The position numbers and the translations under genes are program-made. This document shows positions 11,120-27,422 of a DNA stretch of 64,000 bases, piece by piece; positions within the stretch are counted from its first letter, which is position 1; each line of letters begins with the position of its first letter. This stretch comes from Lingula anatina (Eukaryota > Animalia > Brachiopoda). The stretch lies in assembly GCA_051362555.1 (NCBI GenBank), contig CM120645.1:6758001-6822000 (forward strand), written 5' to 3'. The notes below the pieces were generated by a model. That model had not been told where the DNA came from, ran no database searches, and saw nothing but the letters and a program-made list of their open reading frames with translations.

Positions 11120-14100
11120 CATGTACCAGCCGTATAAGAACTGAATCAGGAAAAATTGAGGTATTTTTATAATAATGAATAACACATAAGTGGTCCTTTA
11201 GACGATTTGCCAAATCATCGAGATTATGTTCAAGTTGACGATTTCTGTTCAATTTGCACTAAGCATTTTAAGCTTCTGTATGAAGATTCGCAGTGCCATG
11301 TAGTATGAAATATATACGTCAGTTAAGTAGTTGGCATTTTAGATTTGATAGATAATTATTTTTTTCATGGCAAGAGCATCTGATAAACAATGGTGGCATT
11401 CGTAATTGTTGGATTTGTCCGTAAAACTGTATCATAGATTGTCGAATTCAATGGCCTGGACAAAATGGAATAGACTCTCACGCTCAGCAGCCTTAATTGC
11501 TCTTGATTCAGGGTTCAATTTTATTATCAAAACTCTCGAGGACTCCTTGGCTATACAGCCACGGTTTATTGTTTGTGGAGAGGACAATAAGAAACGAAAT
11601 TATCCCCTAGATCATATGGGAGCATATTAAAAGTATTGTGGAATAGGCGCATGAGAATGGATGTGCAATAAGCGTCCGAGATTTAAAAGGATCATGAGAC
11701 ACACTTAAGTACCAGCTACTCAAGAAGCGTTGATAAACTTAAGGAGTTGATAAAACGCGCGATGTAAAGTTGTACAAACAATCCCTCGATAGTTACAAAG
11801 AAAATATGACATTCGGGGATAGATATGGGTGGTGGGATTATAAAGAAAGATATGCAGAGACAGCGAAGAGGCGATAAAGACCGACCGCAAAACGCGTGCA
11901 CGGTGACTGAAACAGACCCCTGGCTATTCATAAAAACAGGCTTGGCCGTCCCCCGTTAACGTGCAGGTATGCCGTCCCCGCCCACTTCACCCAGGGACGC
12001 GTGGAGATAGGGGGGGGGGGGGGGGGGGGGCAGAGTGCATCTTACGCAATATCATATGCGCAGCTTATAAGCTCGAGCTCTCTGTCCTATGACGACATCT
12101 ACTTGTTAAAGGCATTATGAAAAGCGCATCTTTCTTCAAACATTTTTTATTGTTCGTGAAGGTAAAGTTAGCGTTCAAAAATGTAAATACGTTGTGTTTT
12201 AAACTTGCTTTAAACGGTTCGTATAGAGGTAGATTGGACTGATTATTTGTCTTCTTTTTTAAAAAATAAATTTAAATTGCCATTTCACTACTCTCATTTA
12301 TTTTCGCGGCTGGATTATCCGTTTTTCTAATCTTTTAAATGCGCTGCCTTGCGGTTACATTCAGTTAAGGCAGGCTTTTTTACTATGTTATCTTAAAGTC
12401 TGTGGGCTCTCTTCCTTTTAAACTGAAAGAGAACGAGCATTGGCTAATTCTTTATACATCCTGCTCTCACAAGAGAAAAAGAATAATATCAGTTAATTTT
12501 CACTTAGAGGAAATTACGAAACGGTTTGTCCGTAATGAAAAACACCAATATAAACGTTCAATTAAATAGCGTAGTACGAAAAGGAAGTACTGTGCATACA
12601 ACCACCACCAATGCTTCACCCGCACCCATACACAGTGGCACGAAAACATGCACGCGCTAACATAGCGGGTATATGCCCCTGCCAACACAGGCATGTGCAC
12701 ATACACATATGCACGCATATATGCGCGCACATTCATCAATTAATTTTTGAGGGTTGGGAGCGGTTGGGTGGATTGTGTACGATTGGAGAAAAGCAGAGTA
12801 TCACCTGAGTTCGATTGCACACACGTATTCGGGCATACATAGACTCTCGGACATACATACATAGACTCTCGGACATACATACAGACTGATGTGTGCTCAT
12901 CCATCGTTGCTTGCAAGGCGGCTAGAAAAGCGGACGGGCGGCTGATCGACAGGCGGCTGATCGACAGGCAGCCAGTCAGAAAGACAGACAGACAGACAGA
13001 TAGACAATTAAGCAGACTGACACTCTTCTCCCATATCATCACATGCCCTTCAGTTTCTCGCACCGGCTGACCGTTGCACGTAGGCCTACGCACAATGCAA
13101 ACTTAAGGTGTGGAGAACAGGCAACACAGAAGTCAGCTTGTTGCAAGTTGTTATCGCATTGTCTCTGTATCTACGTGTACCTTTACACTTTGTCTTCCAG
13201 GGTTCCACCCCAGTACTTGCCTTCCCAAAAGAGATAAAGATTCACCTGTGTGTTGACAGAGCATCCCCCTTAGAGGCAGTAGGCGCGATAAAGACGTTAC
13301 GTGAAGCGCTGAAGACAAACAGCGTTGTGTCCGCCTTGAAAAGGACGAGCTAGGGTCTCGGTGAACTCGCCGTGCATTTGTAATCCGCTCTGTGGAGGAA
13401 TTCCACCGCTGTCGAACAAAAGTCAATTAAAAGTCGAGGTAGGGCGAGTTTATCAATTAAGCACGTTAAAACGGAATCTAATGCAATCATGAAGGGATTG
13501 GAAATCTCACGGGAATTAGGGAAAGCGAGAGATAAATACATGATAGTCCACTGCACACATTGCTTACTAGAGAAATAGGATTTTTTTTAGGTGTTCACTT
13601 AGCTTCTTCATCATCTTCACTTGACATCCGGGTAAAAGGCAAAGAATGACCACAGCAAATTGATTGTTTGAGTACACTAAGTGATGGATAATTTTTCCAG
13701 CATCATTTTTATTGGTAATTTAGTTACATTTAGCATAAAGATTAAGCGCTCAAAAAATAAAACATATCTTGAAGTGACAGTCTTCGAAAATCAAATATAA
13801 CGTTTTAAGACACGCCGTGGAGAAGAACACACCCATGTTACCGAATTTAATTAATAAGATGTATCTTAAAACTTTTTGAATCATATCGTTAAGTTACTTT
13901 TATGATTTAATTTTCGAAAAAAAAAAAAGATAACTGAATGATGAATTTCAAATATGGCATTCCGTGTATAAAGACGCCGAGAAGGGGAGAGCACACGTGT
14001 CATTAAACTTAATTAAAAGAGAAGGGGGCAAACATTTGTATCATTTGAGGGATTTCCATAAAGTTTGGCATAATTACGCAATATATATTTGAGGAGCAGC

Positions 14101-14338
14101 CATCCCAGTAACATCTTCAGAGATTTACAAACCTGACATGCCAGTATTTACATAAACAATACGTAAGAAAGAGACACACGCGAAGCACTGGGTGAGGCCA
14201 GGCCAGGGCAAAGATTTGGACCTCCCGTTCCCCCCCTCCCACGCACACACACCCAAAGAAGAAATGATAGAATGAGTGAGGGGAGAAATATAAATAAAGT
14301 AAGAGTAAGAAGGGAAGGGATAAAGAAGAGAGAGAGCG

Positions 14339-14391
<53 letters not shown>

Positions 14392-15058
14392 CCGTAGTGG
14401 GGGGGGGGGGGGAGAGAGAGAGAAAAAAAATAACGGCGTTCTTTAGGTCAAGCTACAAACTGTAGAAGTAAAAGGCCGAAAGGGGTTAGCAACGGCCGAT
14501 GAATTACATGTACGCACGGGAAGCGCGTGTCAGAGGAAATGCCGTATAAAACAATTTCTTCTTTCCTTCTCCGCTATACTTCTTTGACAAATTAGTCGCT
14601 TATCACAATTTAACAATGACACGAATTTCCGACCTCTGCCACGCCGGGTCACTCGACTTCATTCATATTCAACTTCAACACTCTTTTCCCGTCAATTAAG
14701 TCAGCTGATTTTATGTACATTAATCCGGACGCTTAGTACTTTAGGCAGCGGTTAAACTGTCTAAACTTGATTTGAACCCACAGCTAACACGTATACACAC
14801 GTGTGCTTATCTGCGATATTTTGTTTGCACATGATAGAGGTGAAACTTATTAAATCGCATTATTCCAATTGTAATCTTATACGTAAATAAAAATATAAAC
14901 AAAAAGGACCAACAACGCAGGTTACAAATCTAGATTATTTAATCAGAACTGATGACGTGATAATCAATTTTATAATAAAGAATTACGAGAATAATAACCA
15001 ACATTTGAGAAAGCATTTAATATACCGCCTGCAGATTACTAGCCATCACATATTCGCA

Positions 15059-15064
15059 TTTATT
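15059..15064 (-). terminator. Probable polyadenylation signal of the KLF15-like gene
   Basis: AATAAA on the minus strand about 1.24 kb after the stop, followed by U-rich sequence. Confidence 0.4.
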
Positions 15065-16301
15065 GCCTTATCATTATATTCGCAAAAACTTTTTTTTTTT
15101 AGAAAATAAAATAGAGTGTCTCTCTTTAACAAGTGCTCACCTTTAAAATAAAAGCTCAAGAAATATATGTCTGCCAGATAATCTATCTACGTTTTGACAA
15201 TGTCAATAGGGGGGAGGGGTGGTGGCTACCAAAAACGCAGGGGGAAAACTATGGGCACTTTTACCCAGGGCAACAGTCCATCTTACTTGCAAAAAAATGC
15301 CACTAAAATGACTCAAATTTAGGCTAGCGGCTCTACGCCGCGGCTAAATTTATCCCCAAACAATATTATTTAACGTAATTTTGGTTCAAGGGTCGAATGA
15401 CGAGGCGGCAGTCCTACCATTACTGTACTATGCACGGAGTTGCACGAGCTGCTCAGTTTTTATGCCGGCAGGCGAAGAAATGGAAAAATTTTCATTTCGG
15501 CAGACGACAGGTTAAAGAAGTAGCAGACGATTTATAAGGCTATACCAGCCAGCAAAACGACCAATCTCCCACCTCGTGACTTATTAAAAACAGAACCCGT
15601 TCTGTGTCAGAATCGTTCATACTTTCACTAAATATAAAACTTTGCCATTGCCTTGTACTTTTAACGTCAACTTTGTGGAACAGCTTTAGTAAGGCTCAAG
15701 GCCACGCGGCATGGGTATTTCCTACCAGCTTAAATTATAAAGACCAAAAAAAAAAAAAAATACAAAATGTTGAACCAAAGGCTTATTTGCCAACCCCCAT
15801 GTGAATCACCCTCTATGCACCTTTGTCATCAATTCAAACCTAATCGCTAATTGTACGCAGATTGATCCGCGTGCAAGTTTTCCATTGAAGTAGGAAGCTT
15901 TTTTTGTACAGTAATTTGTTCGCATGCTCGCTTAGCCTCAAAGACACTTCCGTGGCATACTGGGGCGACATACGCATTTAACATACACACATGAATGATC
16001 TAGCGAACTACAGTCCTATATATATACATCAGCAGACAGTAACAAAATGACAAATTGTAGGATGGTATAATGGCATGCACCTTCAAATATACTATATAAG
16101 GCAATGATACTGCAAGACTTTTCTTTGGCATAAAGGAGCCGACAGCTCAGCTGCTATAGTGTCTCTTAAAACGCTGTCTTTATAAAGTTCAGCTGTTTTA
16201 CCTTATTTAAAATCCAACAAAACACGAACAACAGAAAAAAGTAAATGTACTAGTTCGTTCAAATAAACTATAATGGCATTCTTTGTCGCACGGGGCTACA
16301 T

Positions 16302-17435
<1,134 letters not shown>

Positions 17436-17930
17436 CTATTCCTTTCACAAGTGAATAAAAATAGAAGCAACTAGGAAATACTTCGACGAGTCAATCAGCT
17501 AGCTAAAATGTTGCTACAATGCGTTGCACTATGCCCGACCTTCTTTATATTGCACATGCAGTTTTGTCATTCCATCTATCCCGGGTCTGTGTCTCGATAG
17601 TTGGAACACTTCTGGTAGTGTTAAGTTGGAGCCTGCTGGGTACTGACACACACACACACACACGACTGGGGCAACCTGTTCTCTGGGCTCTCTCTCATCT
17701 AATGCTGGTCTAGTTGCGTGCTGCGCTTTCTTCTTCGTAATGGCAGAGACCTTGAAATAGACAAACCATGAACGTTTAAACTTCAAATGAACCAATTATC
17801 CACGGAAGCTATCACAGAACCATTGCGTTCTTCTCTCAACACGTCACGTTAAGTGAGGCCTTTGAGACGAGCATGGTTATAACTACGATATATATATACA
17901 CACATATATATATATATGGTGTCATGAACC

Positions 17931-17981
17931 CTATATAAGTGGATGGGGCAAGCTATGCCCCCCATGGGCCGATTTGATTGG
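17931..17981 (-). promoter_or_regulatory. Putative KLF15 core promoter (TATA + CCAAT)
   Basis: Minus-strand CCAAT (17977-17981) lies about 40 bp upstream of TATATAG (17931-17937), about 520 bp upstream of the ATG. Confidence 0.45.
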
Positions 17982-18613
17982 ACTAGACACGTTGGCTGCT
18001 TGACATAGTCAAGTCATGTGAGCGTACAGTGGATCGCTTCTTGAGGTCGTATTACCTAATTAACATACAATCCGAACGATAAACTTTACAACTACACAAT
18101 TCCTTGTTATCTCAGCAGTGAGGGCCCTCCAGGCCACTAGTTGATCGACTGATTTAATTTTCTATCTCCCCCGATATATTGCAAAAAGCGCCGAGGCAGA
18201 TAGAAATTTGTATTGCTAGCGCTGTTATGCCGTAACGCTGTAAAAGATTACGCTTGTTTTACGTACGGTTTAACGTAAGCCTGTTACAGGTTGATTTTGT
18301 TCTCGATACGTCTCCACTCTCTTCATCGGTCATCATGCACCCTATCAGAGTGAAAATATGCTGCCTCGTGAGTTGGGGTAATATTTCTCATTTTTCATAG
18401 GAGACACTTAATGACCTATTATAAAAACAGCCACGGCGCGTATATTCGAGGTCACTGTGCCAGAAGTCTTACATAAAAAACAATTGCTGAACTCGTTCAT
18501 TGTTAGTAGGCTTAAGAGCCACGAGCATATCTCCCTCCCCCCTTTTCAAGCATGTCAGTAGGTCAAAATGTAAAGGGGACCCCCCTTGCCGGTTTTTATT
18601 CTGAAAGGCTGAG

Positions 18614-18644
<31 letters not shown>

Positions 18645-21600
18645 ATCAAAGATTATCTCCCTACTTGCCTATAGTTATAAACATTCAAAGTCATAGGAAA
18701 GAAATGATTTCACCAGTCGTCTCGTCATTTTTTTATTCTGGTCATTTAATTTTTGGTTTCCCATAGGAATAAATATGTTTTTATTTTTCAGAAAGAAGTT
18801 ATTGTTGTAAGAAGTAGTTCGATTTTGGTCTTTTCGGGGAATGCTGAATTCATCAAGCACACGTTCTGAGATTTGTGAAAAGGGACCAACTGCTTTAGAA
18901 AAAGCCAATGTGCGTTGAGTGCGTCCTTAGAAGCCCGGGCATGGAAAGTAACCAAAAAAAAAGGAGTCCCCGAGAAAACCTAAACTCATTACCCAACGCG
19001 GATGTCTCACGCTTTTCACGTCAAAATGTATTAAAATCGTTACGTTGTCCCATATGTATTTCGCTGAGGGACATGGCATATACTATTGCCATTTTTCAAG
19101 AAAAACAAGGCAGAAGGCTACAATAGCCAATGACTGCATATTGTTTACGACGTGACAGAACATATACAGGGGGTTCCAGGTCGCAGCGAAACGCTACACC
19201 GAGTTTAGCCAATGAATACATGGTTTTAACCGAAATCCGTAAATATTTACACATGCCCCAAAGCTCTTCGCTAGAGTGTTAGGGAAAACACAACAGGGCA
19301 CCGTGCTTGGGACCCGGTTGTTTACCGCACTGGCACAATTCCATCGAGCGTCGTGCGAGTGGTTGTTGTTACTTTGAGCCGTTCTTGTGGTGCTCCCGCT
19401 GTGGAAAAACTGAGGGCTAGCTGAACGCGGTAAACAGGTACCCTGTGTGGGTCGGTGAACTGGCCTCGGTCTGTGACAACAGGAGTAAGAAGACTACGTC
19501 AGTTTTCTGTTATGACATTGGGTAATTTGGTTCCAAACTGCAAGATGCAGGGGGGGGGGGGGGGGTAAGGCTTAATGCACTTCACAATGTAATAAGTAAC
19601 AGTGTCTTAGTGGACTAGAAACAGGAATACTGGTATCTGACAACATTCCCTTTACTTGACGCTGTGGCCCGCAAGTGAGGGGGGGGGGGGGGGGGGAGAG
19701 TCTGCACCCAGCGCTGATTTCGGGACACGTCTCGATCCTTCTCGGAATTAAGGCTTCGATAATCAGCATAGCCTTGCCCTTCGAGATAGCGCGGATTGTC
19801 TCTGGTCTCAGTGATGTGCTATTTACGAGGTGTGACACACAGTCTTATGATCAAGTTTGGAGAAGTGGGGTGGGGTAGAGGGTGCAGAGAGAAGAGAATG
19901 CATGGTGTGTGTGTGTGGGGGGGGGGGGGGTTGTTCAATATTTCCATATAAGGTGTGAAGATGTCAGTTAGTTGTCTCTTACACGTGCATTATCACCTCG
20001 TGGTAGTTTGATTACTGTTGACGACTGCTTATGTACAGTATATAAGTACATATGCCATATGTCCATGTACATAACACTACTAGAGTGTCCTGACAAAGTC
20101 TTGGTTGAAAAAAATTATCTGAGAAAACATTTCACCGAATTTTAACCGTGCAGTCATGATATATTTTCCCTACTATCATAACTTTAACCATGAGTCTAGA
20201 CCGTCAACTACTATAACTACATGAGTCTGGAGGCCTTTTAACTCAATGACATCGCCAAATTTTTTGTTAACCAAGAGTACGTTTATCCGTCTGTCAAGTT
20301 CTGCCCTCTTTGTTTAATGTCTTTGTCACACCATGCATACTATAGCTGGCAAATATTGTACGGCTGCCATTCTTTCTACATATGAAAAATATGACTATAG
20401 AAATTCGCCATAAAAGAAAAAAATAGGGACAGACGCGTTTTGCACTTGACATACATACCGTTCATGAGATAAGATGATGATGATGACAGCTATGACAAAA
20501 AACTAGTTGCATCTGTGACATATGCCGCTTTTTCACGAAACATTCAACAGTGGGAATATACAATTATATACATTGCAGACAGTATTAAATCACTGGTTCA
20601 TCAGCCTATACATTTGCATGCACACGTTCTACGTACAGCTGTGCAGTGCAACAGTACTGACCTACCGCTATTGTTTATGTATTTTACATATCATACACTT
20701 CATTCTCCTTACCTGACAGAAGTTTAACTCTACAAATGTTTTCCCGTTCTGAACTTTGTCGTGTAACACTTAACCATCCAGTTAAAGTACAATCCGTTTT
20801 TCCTCACTATTTTAAAGTAAGAGCGTTAAGCTTACTACAGAGACAGGCGCCGTGGCGTTTGTCGTGCATGCACATACACCGGCCGACGGCTGACAAAAAA
20901 TATGCCGCAACAACGCCAAAGACAGTACCGGTATATGTTGAATCATCCCGTCCCATGGATCATACCCAGCGTATGGGACTCTTCACGCATGCTTGCCTGT
21001 GGCAGACACAATACATCAACAAACAACTCTCCCCATTTTAGGTCTAGCCGGCCGGCATTTCACACCCTTACCTCACAATAAAACGTGCTTGACGGAAAAA
21101 AAAACACACAGTCTCTATACATTTACATGTACTATTATTAGAGAGGTTGCCGTATCCCTAAGTGACACACACAGCCCCTAGTGAAAAAGAAAAGAATATG
21201 TGGAGCGAGACCCTGGATAAGATGTCTTCTTTTCATAAGAGCCAGGTTAAAAATTCGTGCTATTATGTACTATAAGTTTGCCCCATGGCTTAGACATTTT
21301 TGGTGGACTTGTTCTACCCCGTGCAATATATTGTCCTCATTAAACTTATATATGACTGAATGGCTGCGTTTTGTTTAGGTTTAAAAATGTAAAGCCTAGT
21401 AGAGCTGTAGTTCTTCCAAATGATAACGTGCGTCACGACAAGCGACTGTTGCAAAAGCTACGATCTATATAAAATCCCGCTTCCTCAGTCATGATTTCCA
21501 AATAACAACGTATAAAACTGATGGTCACGTATCCAATGGGAAAATACGTAGAGAATGCACGCGTGAAATATATATAGTGACTTTGATGGTGAATTCTTTA

Positions 21601-24600
21601 TATAGAGCATTACCAGAAATCAATCATTAGAGTAAAGGAATACTTACTTTGCATTTTTACCCTCATTTTTGCTTGCATCTAGGACGTGGCTATAGCTTAT
21701 ATTAACGCACGCTTAGCGTAAAAGGGTTTCATGTAAATTGCTAATTTTTAACGCCAGCGGACCATATTTGTATACATTTTAGGATTAACGCAGCCTTCGA
21801 TGCCCGCCAGTGAATGCCTCGATAATTAGCTGCACGAAAACTATGTAACCAGAGCGCTGTAAATATTCCTGGATTTTGTTGATAGGGGTATGGTATGGGG
21901 AGAGATCGCTGATTGTGAAAACTTGTCTAACTTCTATTAACGTAAAGACAATTTGTATGAGACGCGACCAGATTCACGATTGGTGTGGAAAAAATAAAAA
22001 AAGGAACTGTATGTAAGAGAACAAAATGAAGCCCCGAAAATATTTACTTATGATATATGCTACGGGGAAAAATAACGTTATAAAAGGGACTGACTCAAAA
22101 TGTAACCTTATAACTACAGATTTACTGTCGTTAAGGGTCAAAAGCAGGCAAAATGTAAAGGTCCAATAATTTTTTTAATTTTCTTAAATGGTCAAGAAAT
22201 ACCTCACCCCAGGTTAAAAGACGAAAAACTGTGTAGTTATGGGTTCTTAAAGTAAAAGAATATGTCCGTGTAAATAACAACCAGAGACAGTGCAGAACAC
22301 TGGGTATACATGAGCAGTCCATGCACACCGGTACCGGCGTCCCTATCGCTGTAAACAAAACCGGCATTTAAACCCACGTGCTCCTAACTGTGACGTCACA
22401 GAATCAATATTAAGTTGTCATTGACTTTTGTTCCGCCGCCTTACTTTATCAGTACCCCTGGTACTTATGACAATTGGTTATTTATTAACCTTGTCAATGC
22501 GACACTGTTGACACAGAAAGATATCGCGAATTCTTGGCACTACTGTTAACTGATAAAACGTTAAAGATGTTTCAAGTTGCTTGCACTCATTGGTCCAGTC
22601 GTATCTCGGCATAGTCAAGCGCAAAGAAGAAAAAAGGCGCTGCAGTGAAACTGGGTGGTAGAGACCGTTGCGGCATCCTTGCAACTTTCGCCAAGGCACT
22701 GCGACAAAAATACAAGACGATATAAAATGTTATCTCTTTTGAGACCTTAAGATTATTTTACTTTAAGAACCCAAAAGGTAGATGAAGTGGTGACGAATTT
22801 TATGAGAGGAGGTTTAAGTTATTTAATAGAATTTTTTGTAGACACCTTAGCCTTCCATGGTCTCCATTGTAATAATTATCATTATTACATGAATTATTAT
22901 CATTATGAACATAATTATTATTATTCCTTTTATTATTAAAAAGAATCAATATCATATGTCCGATGCTGTTTCTCTTTCAATAGATTACCGTTCAATTTCC
23001 ACCAAAATTTTATCAACTGTACGCTCAACCCCCGGTTTGTCACTCTTCAATTATTTCTGATAATTGTGCTTTCTAAAGACAAATCGCGTACACTTCAAAT
23101 CGCGGTACCTTACAGCATTTGTTTTCTATGTTTCATCTCATCCTAGGTGTCAGTTTATATATATTTGGGGTTTATCCTTATGATCAGCCTCTTAGCACTG
23201 TTTACGTACCCGGGATTCATTCATACACACGAGCCCATTCAAGAAAACATCTCTACAAAGTCCTCGAGCTAAATCCTTCCATATCAACATGTTATTGTCA
23301 GACGTATGCTAATTCATAGCTGAATGATAGATTGGTTTCTTGTAATGATCAAGTGTTTGTTTTAATAGTTTTATCACAGAGTCAAACTGGGGGTTTGAAG
23401 CACCGTTCAGATTGTCATAATGATTATAGTGCAATTTAGTTAAATATTAAATCGTTTAAACCGATCAACTTGTTGCTCAAATCACCAAGGTCTTTAGTTC
23501 GTCTCTTAAAACCACAATGAATACATTACCGATTAAGACAGATACGGACGTCTATTGGCTAAGTCACTGCGAGCATCGAGACTGGAGGGGGGGGGGGGGG
23601 GGAGGCGAGAGGGATCGTGAAAAATGTACACTCCCAGCAGCAAAACAAAAGGGATCAAACAAAACAGTATCGAAAAAAGTTTCTTAAAGAAGTTTCTTTA
23701 AAAGTTTTATTAGTATTCAAACTCGAGAAATAAGAACACCAAAGTTGTCGCTGTCTCCGAACAGCACGACAAATAGTCAGTGTTGACCGAACATCTTGTT
23801 TTTGTCTTGTGACATTTATCGAGCTATTCAGACATCTTCTGACGATAACCTATATACTTGTTTATGACATCTCAATGGGAACACCGCCCAGGGACGCCTT
23901 AAGGGAGCGGCTGGGAGCCGAAAAAAAGCAGCGCGCACGAGGTTACCTTGAGCACGAACGTGCAGAACATTTGCCCTGTACGTGGACAGTTACCAACAAA
24001 GCACTTCTGAGAACGCGTACATTTAGGCCCTCTGTCGTCATAGTATTAGTAATAGAAGAACAAAAAAATGCAATGATATATAAAAACAAAGGGAATTGAT
24101 GGAAAAATATCGTAAAAAAATCGGGGTTCGGAGGGGGGGGGGGAGGGGCAGGGTGGCCGACTATTGCTGGATTACGTGCAGGACCTTGGACCAAAGACCC
24201 TGCTTGTATAAAGCGGTCATCAAAGTTCCTTGATAAAATGATCGAGGGAGCGGCTGAGAAAAGTCAAGGGGGTCAAGGTGCTGTTCCAATTCCTCAGAAC
24301 CGTGGTCGCGTTCAAACACTTGGCTAGTTCGATACTGCATCGGTCTAATGTCATTGACTTCTCTTTTATATTATTAGTTGCAAAAGTGTATGTGAGTCCT
24401 CGCAGAGAGATTGTAGGCCTACATAATCTATGATTAAATAAGTCGAATTAATTAATAATAGATTAAGTATAAATGAATGAATGAATGAGTGAATGAATGA
24501 ATAAACAGAAATAGATATATCAAGTGGGCGTGTGTATTTGTCTGCGTGTGAATGATCATGAGTGATTAGGTGCAGAAGTCTTAGTGCATAACTGTTTGTG

Positions 24601-25240
24601 TGTGTGTGTGCGTGTGCGCGTGCTTGTGCTTAGGTGAGTAAGCAAATAAAATAAGCAAGCAAACGCATAACAATTCATTGGCGCAGTGTTTTCGTCATTA
24701 AGATCGATTCCGATTCGCACCATTAGGAAACATCTCGAACCCGATCTGAAGCATACTTGTCCAGGCAGGCTAGCCAGTTATCAGCAATGCAGCACTCATT
24801 CTGGACAGAAGTCCTCTTTGTGGTGCACGGTGCCTGGTGGGGGCTGGGCCTACCCTATCTGTGCTCCATTATCATGTGCTTAAGACAGTGGAGAAGGAAT
24901 TTATGGCAAGATTACGAGGTGCTCTTCTGAACCGGGCGAGGAGCGCGTGTGCAGCGAACTGACCTTTGTTTTCTGTGTGAGTGGAACGTGAATGGGCAAA
25001 GAAGCGCACTGAACGCCTCCTCATTGACCGGTGGCTTGACTCTTGACCGTGGTCAAGGTTAACGTTGATAACTATCCTGGCACTTGTGATCAGCGAGGAA
25101 AATTCCACATGAGAATATCCCTATTTCTTGTCTTATATCTGAAAACGGTCGCCAACACAAAAAACTATTTCTTAAATCCGAACTCTTTTAAATGTTTTGA
25201 ATTCCCCCTCCAAACAAACAAACAAACAAAAAACCCTAGC

Positions 25241-25295
<55 letters not shown>

Positions 25296-27422
25296 ATTGA
25301 GAGATGAAATTAATATATCCACACAATAATAAAATTACAACAACCCGTGCCCTCTTTCTGATCATATCATATATGCATTGTCCAACACAACAAAAAGAAA
25401 AAAAGGTTAACCCCAGACCCTTGTTACCACAGCCGTATGGACTTTCACTGCTATCACCCTGAGATTCAGAGAGTACTGGAAACTCGCCTAACCAACCTAC
25501 CAACCTGACCAATTCAACTAATAGTGAAGAAGATTAGTTTTCAGTCATCTCTTATAGAGTCCTATAACTTAGGGTGACGAACGGGACACAGGTACATGTG
25601 CTTGGCTGTCCCGCTTTGATCCAACCGGTCAAAATTCACCATCAGGGACAGGTTGCATGCTACGTAAGCTCGAACTGATTTGCAGACAATGGTCACAGCA
25701 TCATGCATACATGTACGTCAGTATTGTTTCCTGCACACCGTGGCACGCCATGATACGGCGGTTTGTTAGGTCACTGGCACGTGCTTTTGGGTAGAAAAAA
25801 TCGTAAAAAACACTTTTCTTAATTTCCATGCGAAAACAACAATAACGCTATTTTTAAACAAGAAAGACGTCATGATGGAAATCAAGATTTTCGGTTAACT
25901 GTTGTTTTTTAATTACACCCAAGAGGTAAACACGAGGTCTCCTATTCCAGCAACAATAACAACGGCCTGTTTATCATGAAGACGAGTACTATCGCAGTTC
26001 ATTAAATGACATCAAATAATGCACATGAATACAATGTCATTTCATGTGCGTAGGTTTCATTATATTGTGAATGTTTTCTTTTATATTATCATCTCAGTGT
26101 ATAATGAAATGACTGAGAAACAAAGGTCTAATAAATGAGGGAGGAAATTACAGATTCGCTTACTGAGATAATTGTTAAAATATCTGTCGTTCGCGATGTG
26201 AAACAGTAATATAATATAATAAGTATGCTGATCTACATGTACTTATAGCTAACGAGCACAATACATTGATTCTCTGACGCAATGGACGAGAATGAGTGCA
26301 CGCTATTATGTTTGTGTGAGTATGTGTGTGTGTGTTTGAGCGTGCGTGCGTGTGTGTGTGTGAGTGTGTGTGTGAGTGTGTGTGTGTGTGTGTGTGTGTT
26401 TTCCCTTTGTGTCCTTGTCTCCTGTTCTTATGTACAAAATGGTTAAAAAAACAGGGGACAGTGGTTTAAGTTCCTTACCCCCTCCCCGTTTCTCCGCCTT
26501 ATGAATGTGCACGTTTGTGCACATGAGTGTGTTCGCCCAAATGCGCGCATGTGAGATTACAGAGGCACGAGCGATCAAAGCGTGAGTGCCTGCTTCAGAG
26601 ATCATTTGTGTGTTAGAGACCCTGGACGTACATTTTTCAGTACACCACAATAATAATAATAACACACCAATTAATCTTCTCTGGGCCGACAGGGTTGTCG
26701 CCTTGTTGACCTTAAAGTTGGGGGAGTAACGGTTAATTTACTACTCATAAGTAACATATAAATATTAAATCGTCATTTATTACATAATATTCAAAGACAA
26801 TGGTTATAGATATAGTTGAGCTGAAGTCGAGCTGAAGTCAGACAGAGATTTGAGGGGTCTGGGGGCGTTTCTGTGCTATTATATATACAGTATATATGCG
26901 ACAAACCTACCATTTGGAGCATTAGCAATTGTTTGTCTGGAATACAAGTACGCACCTGCAGCAAGTGTATTTTGTCATTTCGATTTTGGTGTTTTGTTGA
27001 TCAACGCCTATAAAACTTAGTATGGATAGCCATTGTCTAAATATCGACTAAATGTGGATGTCAAATACATCGAAATTTGCTTCGAAAAGGCGCCTTACGA
27101 TTATTGAGATCGAACTAGGATTAAACATTTTACTAATATCAAGGTGAGTGGGTAAAGATATCAATTTTCCTTCACATACAACAATGTTGAGAATTTAAAA
27201 AAATATTATTTGTGTTCCTACCTTTATTTTCAATCTTTTTATTTTCACGAGTTAGTGGGAGAAGCAAATATGTTTGGCTGTCGATGTATTTGGGACTCAC
27301 CATGGTTCTACTCACCATGAGTAGATCCTCGCAATGCTTGCAATGGATGGTATAATGGTTGTCGACATAACAATTTTCTAAGTGACTTGTGTCGAAATTT
27401 TCAATCAATCTGAGCATTTTAT

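Noticed and set aside
9873-11252. Many short ORFs rich in CV/HT/ER repeats (also at 25043-26665, 45727-46141, 48455-48808, 51598-51934, 58955-59215)
   Set aside because: These are translations of dinucleotide microsatellites.
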